Below are positions 21,068 to 34,300 of a stretch of DNA of 64,000 nucleotides, piece after piece. The notes beneath the pieces are model-generated. The model searched no databases, was not told the origin of the DNA, and saw only the letters and a program-made list of their open reading frames with translations. Each line of letters opens with the position of its first letter. Position 1 is the first letter of the stretch. This DNA is from a virus (taxonomy: Duplodnaviria; Caudoviricetes): the IMG/VR virus record IMGVR_UViG_3300032038_000052, positions 14,613 to 78,612 of that record. One strand, written 5' to 3'. A program made the position numbers and the translations under genes.

Positions 21068-21159
21068 TAGAAAAACTTAACCATCTTATGATGGAAGCGG
21101 ATAATCAGAAAGATAAGGATGCAATACAGAATCTAATTAGGCAAATGGAAAATAGTTAA
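21064..21159 (+). CDS. Possible 31-aa peptide
   Basis: ATGA-coupled to the resolvase; MIEKLNHLMMEADNQKDKDAIQNLIRQMENS; very short. Confidence 0.3.
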   Translation: MIEKLNHLMMEADNQKDKDAIQNLIRQMENS

Positions 21160-21164
21160 TGTTT

Positions 21165-21200
21165 AGGGTCTAGGGGTGTCACAGCTCCTAGACCTTTTTT
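21165..21200 (+). terminator. Terminator (loop TGTCACAG)
   Basis: AGGGTCTAGGGG / CTCCTAGACCTT followed by a T-run. Confidence 0.7.
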
Positions 21201-21219
21201 GATAAAAAGGAGATATATT

Positions 21220-21774
21220 ATGGCATCAATTAAATTATCAACATTTATGACTTTATTTAATGCTAAGAAAACCGAAGATGAAAAGGTTGATCTAATACAG
21301 AAATATATTAAAAATGAATATGTACCATATGAAGAAAAGGTGAACACGGCGAATGCTATTGCTGATATTGCATATTGGCAAACAGAGACACAAGCCGATG
21401 GTACAGAGACTAGGTTCCTTCATGTGGATTCTACGGTTAAATATATGTTAACGTGTATGGCGACAATTGATTTATTTACAAATATTGAACGCCAAAAGCA
21501 AAATGGAAAGATGTTAGAAGATTTTAACCTGTTAAATAGTAGTGGTGTCTTTGATTTGGTTATACGAAATATCAATCAAAGAGAATTAAAGGAATTTAAC
21601 ATGATTTTGCAGTTGGTATGTGATGATTTAATAACAAATGAATATGAAAATCATGCTTTCATTAGTAAGCAAGTAAATAGATTTGGAAGACTCATAGGTG
21701 CTTCTGTTGCTCCTGTTTTAGAAAGCTTAGACATGGAGCAAATTGTGAATATGATTAAAGAGAATATCAAATAA
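21220..21774 (+). CDS. Putative tail assembly chaperone
   Basis: 184 aa; AGGAG RBS; lies upstream of the TMP; function inferred from position. Confidence 0.55.
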   Translation: MASIKLSTFMTLFNAKKTEDEKVDLIQKYIKNEYVPYEEKVNTANAIADIAYWQTETQADGTETRFLHVDSTVKYMLTCMATIDLFTNIERQKQNGKMLEDFNLLNSSGVFDLVIRNINQRELKEFNMILQLVCDDLITNEYENHAFISKQVNRFGRLIGASVAPVLESLDMEQIVNMIKENIK

Positions 21775-21780
21775 TAATAT

Positions 21781-21824
21781 GGGGTTAAATTCAAATAAAG
21801 CATTTGAGTTTAACCCCTTTTTTT
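21781..21824 (+). terminator. Rho-independent terminator
   Basis: GGGGTTAAATTCAAAT / ATTTGAGTTTAACCCC followed by a T-run. Confidence 0.8.
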
Positions 21825-21853
21825 ACGTTTTTAGGAAAGGAGTGGTGTACTAT

Positions 21854-22357
21854 ATGCGTACATTAAATAAAATTTATCGGGACTTAAAAAATCGGATACG
21901 TGATACCCTTCCTACGATTGCATATTAGATTGGTGACAAAATGTTTAATAAGTATGTCGATTGTGTATAGGCTTTTTATGATGATATGCCAGAAAGCGAT
22001 GGATATTATAGGACATATAGTACATATTTAGGCTCTAGTATTTCCTATAGTTATGATGAAAAAACTACTGGGTCTTTGCGTAATAACAATGGCGAAGATG
22101 TTGTATTTTCAATTCATGTAAATATGAAGATTGACCCATCGTATTTGGGAAATCCTTATCACGACCCAGTAGATTATGTATTTGAACGTACATGGATATA
22201 TGGTATTCATGGTAATTTAGCAAATCCAGTTATGGAGCCATCTCCATGGGATATTTTTGATGAGTGGTTTGATGGTTTTGCAAATTCCAAAACTGGCGAT
22301 GTAAAGCTAATTACAAATCGTAACATGTTAAAAAAAGTTGGGATAGGATCTCGTTAA
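21854..22357 (+). CDS. Hypothetical virion protein (HK97 gp10-like neck type, tentative); TAG=Gln
   Basis: ATG 21854 is in frame with 21986..22357; FYDDMPESDGYYRT motif. Confidence 0.55.
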
Positions 22358-22375
22358 TATAAAGGCGGTGATATT

Positions 22376-25300
22376 GTGGCGTTTAGAAGTGACTATTAGG
22401 TTGATATTGACCTTAATTTGAGGAGCAAACAGGCATTCGATTAGCTTGAAAAACAATATAACAACATTAAGGCAGAAATAGAGGGGGACCTCATTAAAAC
22501 TAGGATTACTGCTGATACGAAAGACCTTGAAAAGGTGCTAAAAGATATAGCCGATATAAAACCAGATGACTTATCTAATGTATTCTTTAATATTCAAGGG
22601 GGAACACTTTCAAAGTAGTTAAAATAGTTAGAAACATTTGTCGGAAAATCTGGTGAAGAAATTGGATTATAGTTTAGAGAAAGCATACAGGATGGGATGA
22701 AAGGTTCTTTTTTAGACCTCTCCCAAATGGTTCAAAAATATGTTGGAGATGGTAAAAAAGTAACAAAAGGCAATGTGTCAAAGTTATTATAGGGATTAAT
22801 GCAAGATGTATAGTCTCCACTTGATGATACAAATTATTTAAATATAGTAGAAAGAGCAGAAAAACTAGAGCAGCTATATCACACTATGCAAGATTTGCAA
22901 AAAAATAAACTAGATATATATAAAGGATTAGATACAAATAAGTAGCAGATTGGTGATTTTATTTCTTAGCAATATCAATAGATTGGGGAGTTGTTAAGCA
23001 AACAAGTTAATGTTGACGCATTTAGGTCTCAAATATTAGATGTTTTTTCGACTCTGCAAAGTGACTTACAGAAGATGTTTACTGCTATTGCAGAACGAAG
23101 GAAACTCGGATTTGGGAATGGGAGCGGTACTGGCAATGGTGATGGGAATGGATCTGGCAGTGGCGCATATAATAAAGAGACTGAAGAAGAAATAAAAAGG
23201 ATAACAGATGAAATTACTAATCTTACATCTCAAATTGATGAAGCTAAAAATAAGTTAGAGGAATTGAAAAAGGGTACAAAAATATCGGAGGATCTTGATA
23301 GTAAAACAAAAGCTAGTTTAATTTCATCTATTAAAACAGATATCGCTGAAATGGTTTCTGAGCTTGATAAATTTGGAGATAATATTCCATTAGAGAAAGC
23401 TCAAAAGTTTGTGGATTTAATCACTACTTATTATGAGCTTGGCGGTCAAGAATCTAAAATCGCATCGACAGAAAAACTTAAAAATGAAATAGATGAAAAA
23501 TGTAATTACATTTATGAAAAGTTTGATCCGAATGCGGAAGGTGATTTTGAAGGGAAAGTACTATCATCTTATGTTGATTTGAAAGCAATTTAGGAGCAAT
23601 CTGCAGCAATAGAATCATTAACGCAAAAACTTTAGGAATTAGAATAGCAAAAAAAAAGGCTGGTCGAAGGGGTTACTAGTTCTAGTGAGACTGGCGAGGC
23701 TACTGTTACGGCTAAACCAGATGGATCAAAGTTTATTGAAGATTTATAGGAATAGATTAATGGTTAGTCTGTTACAGTAGATACTAAGCCTAGCGAAGAC
23801 TTCTTGGACAAAGTCAAGGATCTCGTCTCCGATGGTATAACAGTTGATGTAACTCCATCTAATAAAAAAGCGGAAAATACTGAATATACAAAACCAAATA
23901 TAGAGATTCCAGATGATATGTCTAAAAAAGTTCGTATTTTTGATGGTGTGAAAGAGCATATATATGATGTACAAAAAGATGCTGATGCACTTTATAAAAA
24001 GCTAGATGAGCTTGCTGGAAAAATGCAATTACCTGTATTCCATTCTGGTAATTTGGAGCAATCGGTATTATCTAGTCCAGATTATATGCCAGCAGATTCT
24101 TTAAGATTTGTTAAAGAACGTGGATTACTTGGATCTCTTGGTACTGGTACATACTGGGCTTCGAATTTACTTGACATTATTGAAGCATTTTAGAATCGTT
24201 CTTAGGACGTATAGAAATTTTTGTATGTTACTGATTTATCTAAGTATAGTCCAGAATTATTAAATCTTAATAGTGATGATGCGATGGATGATTATACATC
24301 CATGTTAACGAAAATTACTGCATTTGTTTTTAATTCTGTACAGGAGACAGAAAAATATACAAAGCTATTACATGGGACGAATAGTTCTGATTAGTTGTTT
24401 GAGGAATACAAAGATTTCTTCTCAAAATTTGGCGTGTCATTTGAAGATTTTTCAAAGTTTATTGACTCAGAGATTAAGCGAGTTTCATCGTTTGCATCAG
24501 TTGAAGATATGGGGAAAAGCACGAGTGTATCTACTGAACTTCAAAAACAATTATTAAAAATTAATGGTGTAGATATTACTCGTGGTAACACTAATGATTC
24601 ATATGCTTTGGGAAATATACTATTTGATATTGACAAGACACATCCATTTGATATTTCATTTGGAGAGAATGTTAATGTCGCAGAATATTTTTATAAAGCT
24701 GTTCTTATGAAAATACTTTCAAACAAGGCGATGAATCCAGAAAATATAATAGAAGAATTGGCAAACAACTATGCAGAAGGTATATAGGGTATCAATACAC
24801 AAGATATTATAAACAACTTGATGGATGTTTAGAATAAAGCGCATCCAATTTCTTTTGATGACATAAACTAGCACTTGTTTGGTCGAACACGAGGGAATAC
24901 TTCCGAGACGCCAGGTGGACAACCTAGCGAAGTATCAGAAATAAAACTGCATGTAGATTAGTAGAGCCTCAATTAGGTTAAGTCGGATATCTAGGCTAGT
25001 TTAGATGAAGCATCATTTAATATAGATATATAGGTAAATAAAGAAGATATTAGGTCTGATGTCCAAAGTGGTTTAGATGAATAGCCTTTTCATATAGTAG
25101 TAGATAGACAAGAAAAATCTGAGTCAAAGACACAAATTCAAGATACATCAACAAACGTTTATAGCGAATAGGTTAAAAAAAGTATCGAAGAAACACAAAG
25201 GTATTTAGAAAGATTAAAAGCAGACGTATCAAGGATGGATCCGGATGGAATTGTATCAAAATACCTTTTTGGAGAGAACGGTGTAAAATCTAGTTAGCAA

Positions 25301-28300
25301 TTAGTTAATGAAATATAGAATGAAGTTAAAGCTATTGAAGACTCGCTATATCAAGACTATTTAAATGGTCGTAAAGATATTAATTATGAAAATGAATTCG
25401 CAGCCCCATTTAATAAACTAAGATTAAGTTAGGATTTTGGGCTAATAAAATATACAGATAAGCTTTTGCCAGATCATATCTAGGATATTTATAATAATTT
25501 GTTTAAGAAAGCACCATCTATAACGTCATCATTAGATGATGACTAGATGTCTTTTTGGGGCGGTCTAATTGATGCACAAGAAAGATTAAATGTTCTGCAA
25601 CAAAACGGCGGGAAAGATTATGAAGCACATCTTGAAAAAATAAAGCAATTATCAGATGAAGTCAAAGTTATAAAAGAGAGAAATGCTTCTTTACAAAAAA
25701 CAGATGTAGATACATCAACATTATCACAGGAAGAAGCAACAAAACGTGCAGAAGGATTTCTTAAAGAAAAAGAAGCTATTGACAAGCTTATTGAGTCTGT
25801 GACTTAGTATCGCTTAGAAAGCAAATAGTTTGCAGATACTGATAGTTATTTCGGAAATTATTTACCAGATATTTCTGACCTTAAAACAATGTCTGAGACG
25901 CTAGAAGATGAAGCAGATTTATTAAAAACGTTAGATATATATCGCAATAGAAAGCAAGCAAAAATTTTTGATAGTGCAGTTGATTACAAGTTTAAAGGAA
26001 AGCATGGAGCACCATAGGAGTTAGAAAATTATTGGGAAGAATTAAGTGATTCTTTTTATCCAAAGTAGGGTTTGGCTTAGTATTCTGGCGAAGAGGCAAT
26101 AGAAAGATTAAATCAAAAAGCAAAAGAACTTGGTGTTACATTTGATGAGACATCTAAAAAATGGGTACAACTTACATCTGCTGGTTCCAATGGGCCTTTA
26201 ACATCGCAAAAAACTTCGACACAAATACCTGCTAATGGAGTATTATTTGGCGATTTATCTGCAAAACTTTCAGAAGAACAGCGTGCAACAGAGCAGTCCG
26301 TTTTGGGAGAAGAAAGTGTTTTTGATAAACTAATTTCAAAGTTAACAACGGATGTTCCAAATGCTGTTGATACAAAAACACAGGCATTCAGATCTGAATA
26401 GGTAGAAGTTGATGACCTTATAGATTTAGAAATAAATAAAATCAAAGAGTTAGCAGAGACTTTGCAGACCGCTTTTGCGACCTCTGGCAATGTATAGGAT
26501 TTTGGTGCTTTAAGAGATTTAATTCAAGCGATCAATGATTTCTCTAGTGGTGAAAACATATCTACTAATCTTGAAACGCTTTCCGCTGCTGTTTAGGGTT
26601 TAGTAGATGCGTTAAAAGGTGCATCAGATATTTCTAATGCTTCTACTCAATTATCTGATTTAATGAAGTCGATGAAAGTTTCAAAGGCGAATGTTGATAA
26701 CATGATTGACTTGGCTACTGCTATTGAGATGCTAGTTGAACAGTTTAGGAATCTAGGAAAATCTGCGGCAATGCCTAATATTTTGTAGCCAATTAATGAC
26801 ATCATAAAAAATGCGGAAGCATTAAAAGATTTATCTAAAGTACTCTCTGTTTCTGCAAAAGAAAGAAGAACTGCATCTGTTCAAGCTAGTATTAATCCAG
26901 ATGTGAATGAGAAGAAAGCGAACGATGCTGCGGAAAAGCAGTTGGACAATTTGATGCAATACTATGCTTTACAAGATGAAAAGAATCAAAGAAAAGTCAG
27001 TGGTAAAAATGAGCGTGCATCTCTTACTGCAATTGCAAAAGAAGAAAAGCTTTTGAGGGAAATTAATGAATATGAAGCTGAAATTGCAAAGAAAAAACAA
27101 AATGGTATTTCATTAACAGAAAAAGAAGTCGCAGCGTTAGAAAAACGTAAAGAACTAGAAAAAATAGTAGCCGATAGACGTGAAGAATATGAAAAAGCAC
27201 AGGCGGATGCGGCGGAAAAGAGTTTAAAAAATCGAACTGACAAAATAAGAAATTCATATGATGATATATAGAAAGAGCTTGATAACAACTTATCAATAAA
27301 CTAGGAATTCTTTACACCAGAGTTAGATCAAAAGGTCGCTGAAATAAAGCGGAAATTTTAGGAGTTACGTGATATATAGCTAGTAGACCAAGAAGATATA
27401 AATAAAGCAGAAAAACTGAGAACCGAAATTAATAAGGCAATTGCTGAATTAAAGAATGACCCAAACTATAAGACTGCGAATACAAATACTAGAACTGCCT
27501 TATAGGCGAAAGCTGGGAAATGGTTGGAGAAGAATACTGCTGCTCCAGAATCACTTAGGAATTAGGTAGGTGAGTTATATAGTACACTTTCTAGCGATGT
27601 CCCAGTTTCTATGTTAAAAGAAATCTCAGCCGAATTAAACAGAATTGATGCGGAAGCTGCGAAGGCCGGCAAAACAGGTAGAAGTTTTGTTGATATGCTT
27701 GGCGTTAGTTTTAAGAACCTTGGCAGATATCTTTTAAGTTTTGCAAGCTTCTATAGAGTAATTGGTATTTTCAGACAGGCTGTTGGGATAGTAAAAGAAC
27801 TTGATACTGCCCTCATGGAGGTAAGAAAAGTTAGCAGTGAATCATTGTCGTCATTAAAAGAATGGCAGCAATTAACGTTTAGCCAAGCGAATGACATTGG
27901 TGGTACTGCTCAACAAATCTAGGAATCCACTGCTGCATGGTTAAGACTTGGTAAATCATTTGAGGAAGCATCAGAAGCCGCACAGGCATCTGTTAAGTTA
28001 CTGAACGTTTCCGAGTTTACAAATATTGATGATGCTACTACTTCTCTTGTATCTATGCGACAGGCATTTAAAGATTTATCGTATGAAGATTTTATTGATA
28101 AATTAAATGGTGTTGGTGATAATTTCAGTTCGAGTACTGATCAGCTTGCGTATGGTATGAGGAACGTATCTTCTGTTCTTAAGGTTGCTGGCAATGATAT
28201 TGACCAATCTCTTGCTTTGCTAACTGCTGCAAATGATATTACTCAGGACATGAGCAAGGCTAGTATGGGTGTGCGTACAGTAGCACTTCGTATCGCCGGA

Positions 28301-31300
28301 ACCGAAGATGCGAAAGCTGAACTTGAAGAACTCGGAGAAGATACTTCTGACTTTATTGTACAAACGCAATCTAAAGTAGATGCGAAAGTAAGAAAATATA
28401 CTGCTACCGCTGATAATCCAAATGGTATAAGCGTATTGGATGACAATGGCCGTCTAAGAAGTACTTATGATATCTTATTGGATATTTCAAAGGTTTACGA
28501 TTAGATTGTCGAAAAAGATAATCAGTTCGGTACAAACACTAGTAATGCATTACTTGAATTACTTGCTGGTAAGACAAGAAGTAATATTCTTGCTTCTATA
28601 TTATAGAATCCAACTGTACTTGAAGAAGCTTATACACAATCATAGAATTCAAAGGGCATTGGTCAAAAAGAGCTTGATATCTATCTTGATTCTATTCAAG
28701 CTAAGATGACCAAGTTACAAAATGCTTTACAAAAACTTGCGTCTGTTACTATTAACAGTGATTGGCTTAAAGTGTTTGTAGACCTCGGCGCTGGCGCAGT
28801 TAAGATATTCTCTACATTAACGGAGAAGCTTGGAAGTTTCAGTACAGTTATAGCTCCTATAATAAGCATGTTCCTTCAGCGCAAAGGTTTTGGAATGCTA
28901 GGGTCTAAGAACGGAGCTGGAATTATCTCTATGCTGTTGGGCAATGTAAGTGATTCTGCCATCAAAAAGGAACTTAGCCCATTATAGAAATAGATGCAAA
29001 ATGTCTTTTCTGGCATGAAATTTAACGATGATGATAATTTCTTTACAACAATGGCTAAACGTGGATTGACTCCAGAGACCATGAAGACATCTGAGTTATT
29101 TGGACCAATGCTTAAGGATATGGATGGTGCTGAAGCCGCTTCTCTTAGTATGGGAACTGCTGTTGCGACATTGAACGAACGGCTTGGTATGACTGGGGAG
29201 GTTGCAGTTTAGACTGGTGGCACGCTATCTAGTCTTGCGGGTGGTTTAGCTACTGTAGGAAAATCGTTTTTGTCTGTAGGATTAACAACCATAGCTATCA
29301 CAGTGGCTACAAAAGTTATAGAAGGGCTTGTAAAAGCCGTTTACAACTGGGTTACTGCTGACGAGCGTGCTATTGAAGCTGGGAAAAAAGCTCGTGAAGA
29401 AGCAGAACAATTAGCGAAGTCATATGCAGACACAGAAAAAAAGACCAATGAGCTTGGGAAAAGATATAATGAATTAAGGCAAGGAGTTTTTTATGATGAG
29501 CGAAAGGGATATTCAAACAAATCTCTTTCTGAAGATGAATTTGAGGAATTCTTAAAAGTTAATGAAGATATAGTGGCATTATATCCTAGACTTAAAGAAG
29601 GTACTGACGCTCAAGGTAATGCTTATGTAAATCTTGGGGATAATGCTACACAGGCCACAGAAAAATTAAAGGAATATCTTAGGATTTAGGAACAAATATC
29701 CAATGAAGGTATAGGTAAGACATTTGATGACCAATTGGCTGGAGCTGTTGCAAAAGAAGCAGAATTACGTGGTATAATACAAAATGCTAACTTAGATAGC
29801 ACTACGTTAGATATATTAGATAATGGAATTGATGATTATATATAGCGTATAGATGATAATTATAACTATTATACCCTCAAATTAGAAGAACTTGGAACGG
29901 TAAATCAAAATACAGTTGATTCAATACAACAAGTACTGAATGAAAATGATTCTCTGTTATAGTTTGATACTTCCGCAGAAGGTTTTAAGTAGATAGTTAC
30001 ATTTACTTTCGAAATGGATGAAGATTCAGAAGCTAAAATAAGAGAGCAATTGTCATAGGCTATAAATGGTGGGGCTGATTATTCTACTACTGATACTGTT
30101 GCAGGACTTAGAGAGTAGGTAGAAAGTTATGAAGAAGAAATTGTAGATGCTTATGATTCTACTAGACCAGCTCTTTTGGCTAAGATAAAAGAGACTAAGA
30201 CATATAAAGATTTGCCATAGGAACTGCAAGAAGGTATTAGTAATATATATGATAATATAGATATATATCAATCATATAAGAATTATGAGAACTACAAAAA
30301 ACAGCATTCTGAATATTCAAAAGACTTCTATGCGTATATTAAAGAATAGTATCTATATGCAATAAATAAGGCGATTAACCAATCTGATGATTCTATGCAA
30401 CGAAAAGAAAAGGCGGACTTGGTCGGAAAATTATTCTCTTTTGACGCATCAGATCTAAACTCAGCGCAAGCTATTAATCAAATAGACACTATTCTCTCTT
30501 CTATATTCGGCGAAAATACAGAAGTAAAGTAGTCTATTAAAGTTGCACTTGGTATAGACTTTGTAGATCCAGAAACTGGAGAGGTAATAAGTGATAAATA
30601 TAAAAAGCAGAACCAGGAATTATATGATATCCTCAAAGATTATGGTTTATCTAGAGGGGATGTCGGTAAAGGGCTTACAATTGGTGAAAAGGATACAATA
30701 CAATCTGCTATATCATCTGGTGAATTTAATTTCATTGGTAGTGGGCTTGATAAGTTAAAGGAATGGCTTAAAAAAGAATATTAGCCATCACTTGATGGTA
30801 GCTTGTCAGATATATTCAACGATGCGTCATACAAGGAGAACACGGAAGAAATTTCTTCCAATATCTCTACTATCTCCTCTTCTCTTGAAACACTTAGGAA
30901 TAATGGTAAACTCACAGCAGAAGAGATGATGAAACTTCAAGAGTCGTTCCCAGATATGACTGAGTTTTCTGAAGAAGCCTTATCTTCAAGAGGTGTTGAG
31001 CTGCTTTCAAAATGGATTGAAGAGCTTAGAAAAGATTATGATACGTTTTCAGATGAAGGTAAAGAACAAGTAGATACATATATCAATAATCTTATGACTT
31101 CTTTCAGTGATGCCATTGCGACTGAAGAAGATGCGGTAAAAGTCCTTTATGATTCATTTATTAATCCTACCGACACAGAACGGGAAGAACAATTACATAT
31201 GAACCGTGCCGAGTCTGTTATTAAGGGATTAAAAGAAAAATATGGTGATGAGCTTGACTGGAATATTGTATGGCAATTAGCTGTTAATGATTAGCTGTCT

Positions 31301-34300
31301 GGAGAAATGGAAGACATCTATGCTCAATATGATGAACGTGTTCTTAACTGGGACATTAATGTTAATATTCCTAAAGAGGTTGAACAGTTAGAAAGGAACA
31401 TCGCAGGACGAAATGCTAGAATATCAGCTATTGAAGCCGAAAAAGGTTATTACGATGCTACTGGAGAATACTTGCCGGACATAAGTGAAAATTGGTTTGA
31501 TGAGATGCTCCGTTTAAGTGGGCAAAATGTTGCAGATAAAACAGTTGAGTATACAAATGCGCAAAAAACATATGCAGCCTATACAAATGGATTGTTTGGA
31601 AAAATGCTTAGTAATGCTTCTCCAGAGTTATCTTCTGGAGCGTATAAGGCTATGGCAGAAGCAAGAGCTGCTATGGTTTAGGCAATGACGGAGTAGACGG
31701 ATATTCAAAAATAGTATTATGAATTCTAGGCGAATATGTATACCAAAGAAATTGAAGAAGCACAAACAAATGCAGCAAAAGTATAGGCTAGAATTGATTA
31801 GGCGAAATTTGAAGGTGTAATGCCAGCCGAAACCGATTATGCCGAATTACGTGATGCATACAAGACGTAGGCAGAAATGCAAGAAGGATTGGCAAATTTC
31901 TGGGATACAGTTGCTAATAGTGGTAAAGTAAATTCAGTTATGCGTGCAATTGCAAATCAGAATGCAGCAACTGCTCGTGCAAATGCAATTAGTGCTAATG
32001 AATCTGCCAATGAGGCTGACCGTGGTTATTTAACTGATGAACTTCTAGAGAAACAGAATACTTATAATGATCTTCAAACTGAAGCATCTCAAATTGAGCA
32101 ACAGATTACTGATGATGAAACCAAACATCGTAAGATATCCAACAAGCGTTATGATGAGTTAATTAAGAATGGCGACAAACAAATCGCTAATCTTGAAGAC
32201 TAGCGCAAGACGTTAGTTGACCTTCGTAGCAAGACGATTCAAGGCACAGAAAAATGGCGTGAATATTAGTCGCAAATTGATGATGTTGACTCTTCTATCT
32301 CATCCATGGAGAACAGCCAGGTTGGTTGGTTTGAGTCAATGACTACTGCCGTCTCGTCCAATGCATAGACTCTCGCTTCTGCTCTTGATTCAGCTTTCTC
32401 AGAGATTAATTCTGAAACTGGATTAACTCGTGACACGATGAATACGCTTGTCGAGCAGTTCAGCGACCTTGAGAATTATGATGTATCTAAGATTTTCTAC
32501 TCTACTGCTGATGGTATGAAATTTAATACCGATGCAACTAGAGAATTGATAGATGCTGAGTATGATTTATAGGTTAATAATCTTCGTGATGCTATTGCTG
32601 AAGAAACTTCAATAATCGAGGCAAACAAGGATTCAAAGGACGCTAACTCATATGCTACTATTCAGAATGCATAGGCTAATATAAATGCTTATAATGCAGA
32701 ACTTGCATCACTCTAGGCATTATATGATCAATAGCAAGAATCTCTTTCTAGATACTCTGCTTGGGAGACTGCAAAGTCTACTGCCAATGCTGGTGATAAA
32801 TACACAAATCTCCAAGGTAGTTGGAAAGATATCAAAGAGATGTTCCAAAACGGTTTGACAGGCACTGATGATTTCAAATCTTTCGTTGCGTATTTTGACG
32901 AATGGGGAATGGGAACTGTCGATGCCTACAAACGCAATAAAGATATGATTGCTCGTTATCTTACTGAAGATGGCAAGGGCATGAAGAATTTTTATGATGA
33001 CCTTGTATCCAAAGGTTTTGGAACAAGAACTGGTAATATCTATTCAATTGGAATTGAGGATACCGAAGCTGCCGCTCATGCAATGGGAATGTCAGAAGAA
33101 GCATTGAAGATGTTCCTTGACCGTGGCGAGGATTATGGTTTCAGAAATACATGGGTTGAAACAGTTCTTGACGGAGAATTAAAATTATAGGATACTACTG
33201 AACAATTAATCGAAGAACAAGAACGTCTGCAGCATATGAGAGCAAACGGTGCTACAGAAGACGAAATTAAGAATCAAGAAACGCTAGTTAGCCAGCTCAA
33301 AGATAATATGAAAAATTATATTGAGAATACGGCTGATGTAGCTGGAGAAGATAATACAAAAACATATGCAAAAACAATTGAACAGCTTAAAGCTATAAAT
33401 GAACTTCGTGGCGAGACATTTGGCGCAAAAGTCAAAATGACTGATAGAGAATTGTCTGCGTACAATCAGCAACTTGATAATGCTATGCAACAGACTCTTG
33501 GGGGCTATACTTCAGATCAGCTGCAAGAGTTTAAGATTCAATATGAAGCTGAACTAGATGATGACTCAAAGAGAATTATTGACTAGATGACCGAATTAGC
33601 CAAGCAGCGTGAGATTATACAGAAGTACACAGCAGAAGTTGAGATAAAGGATGAATCTGGACAGCCTATTACTCCAGAAGAATTCTTATCTTTAACAGAA
33701 GAACAGTAGAAAGAGACTCTAGAAGCAACATATGGTGTTACTATAGATGAGACGAATTTTGATTTGTGGAAAGAACATTTCCAATCTCAGACGTTAACTG
33801 CGAAAGTTCAAACTGTAGTAGACTCTGGTACTACATCGTATAAAGACCTTCTTAATATGGATGCCGAAGAGTTGACTCAGACTATTGGATTTAACGTTGA
33901 TGAAAGTAATATTGATGAAGTTAAAGCAAAAATTGAAGAAATGTCTGCTGTTAAGGTATCTCTTGATGAGACATCTCTTACTTCTTTGACTAGTGCATTG
34001 AGCGAAGCTTTTGTCTTGGCTATTAACACTATTTAGGCTGGAGAATAGGTTGATGAGTTTGTTGAAGAAACAGATGATAAGACTGGTACTGTACAAGTAG
34101 ATGCGGATACGAAAGAAGGAGAGAATGCTGTAACTAGATTTGTCAATAGCATTATGGCAAAACATCCAGCGATGCGTGTGCTTGCAGATCCTACTGTGCT
34201 AATTGATAGTATTCAAGAAGTACTTAACAATCGTGAATTCAATGTCAATGTTAAAGCAAACGTGAATGCTCCAGCTGCTGTTGTTAAACCAGGTGTAGCT

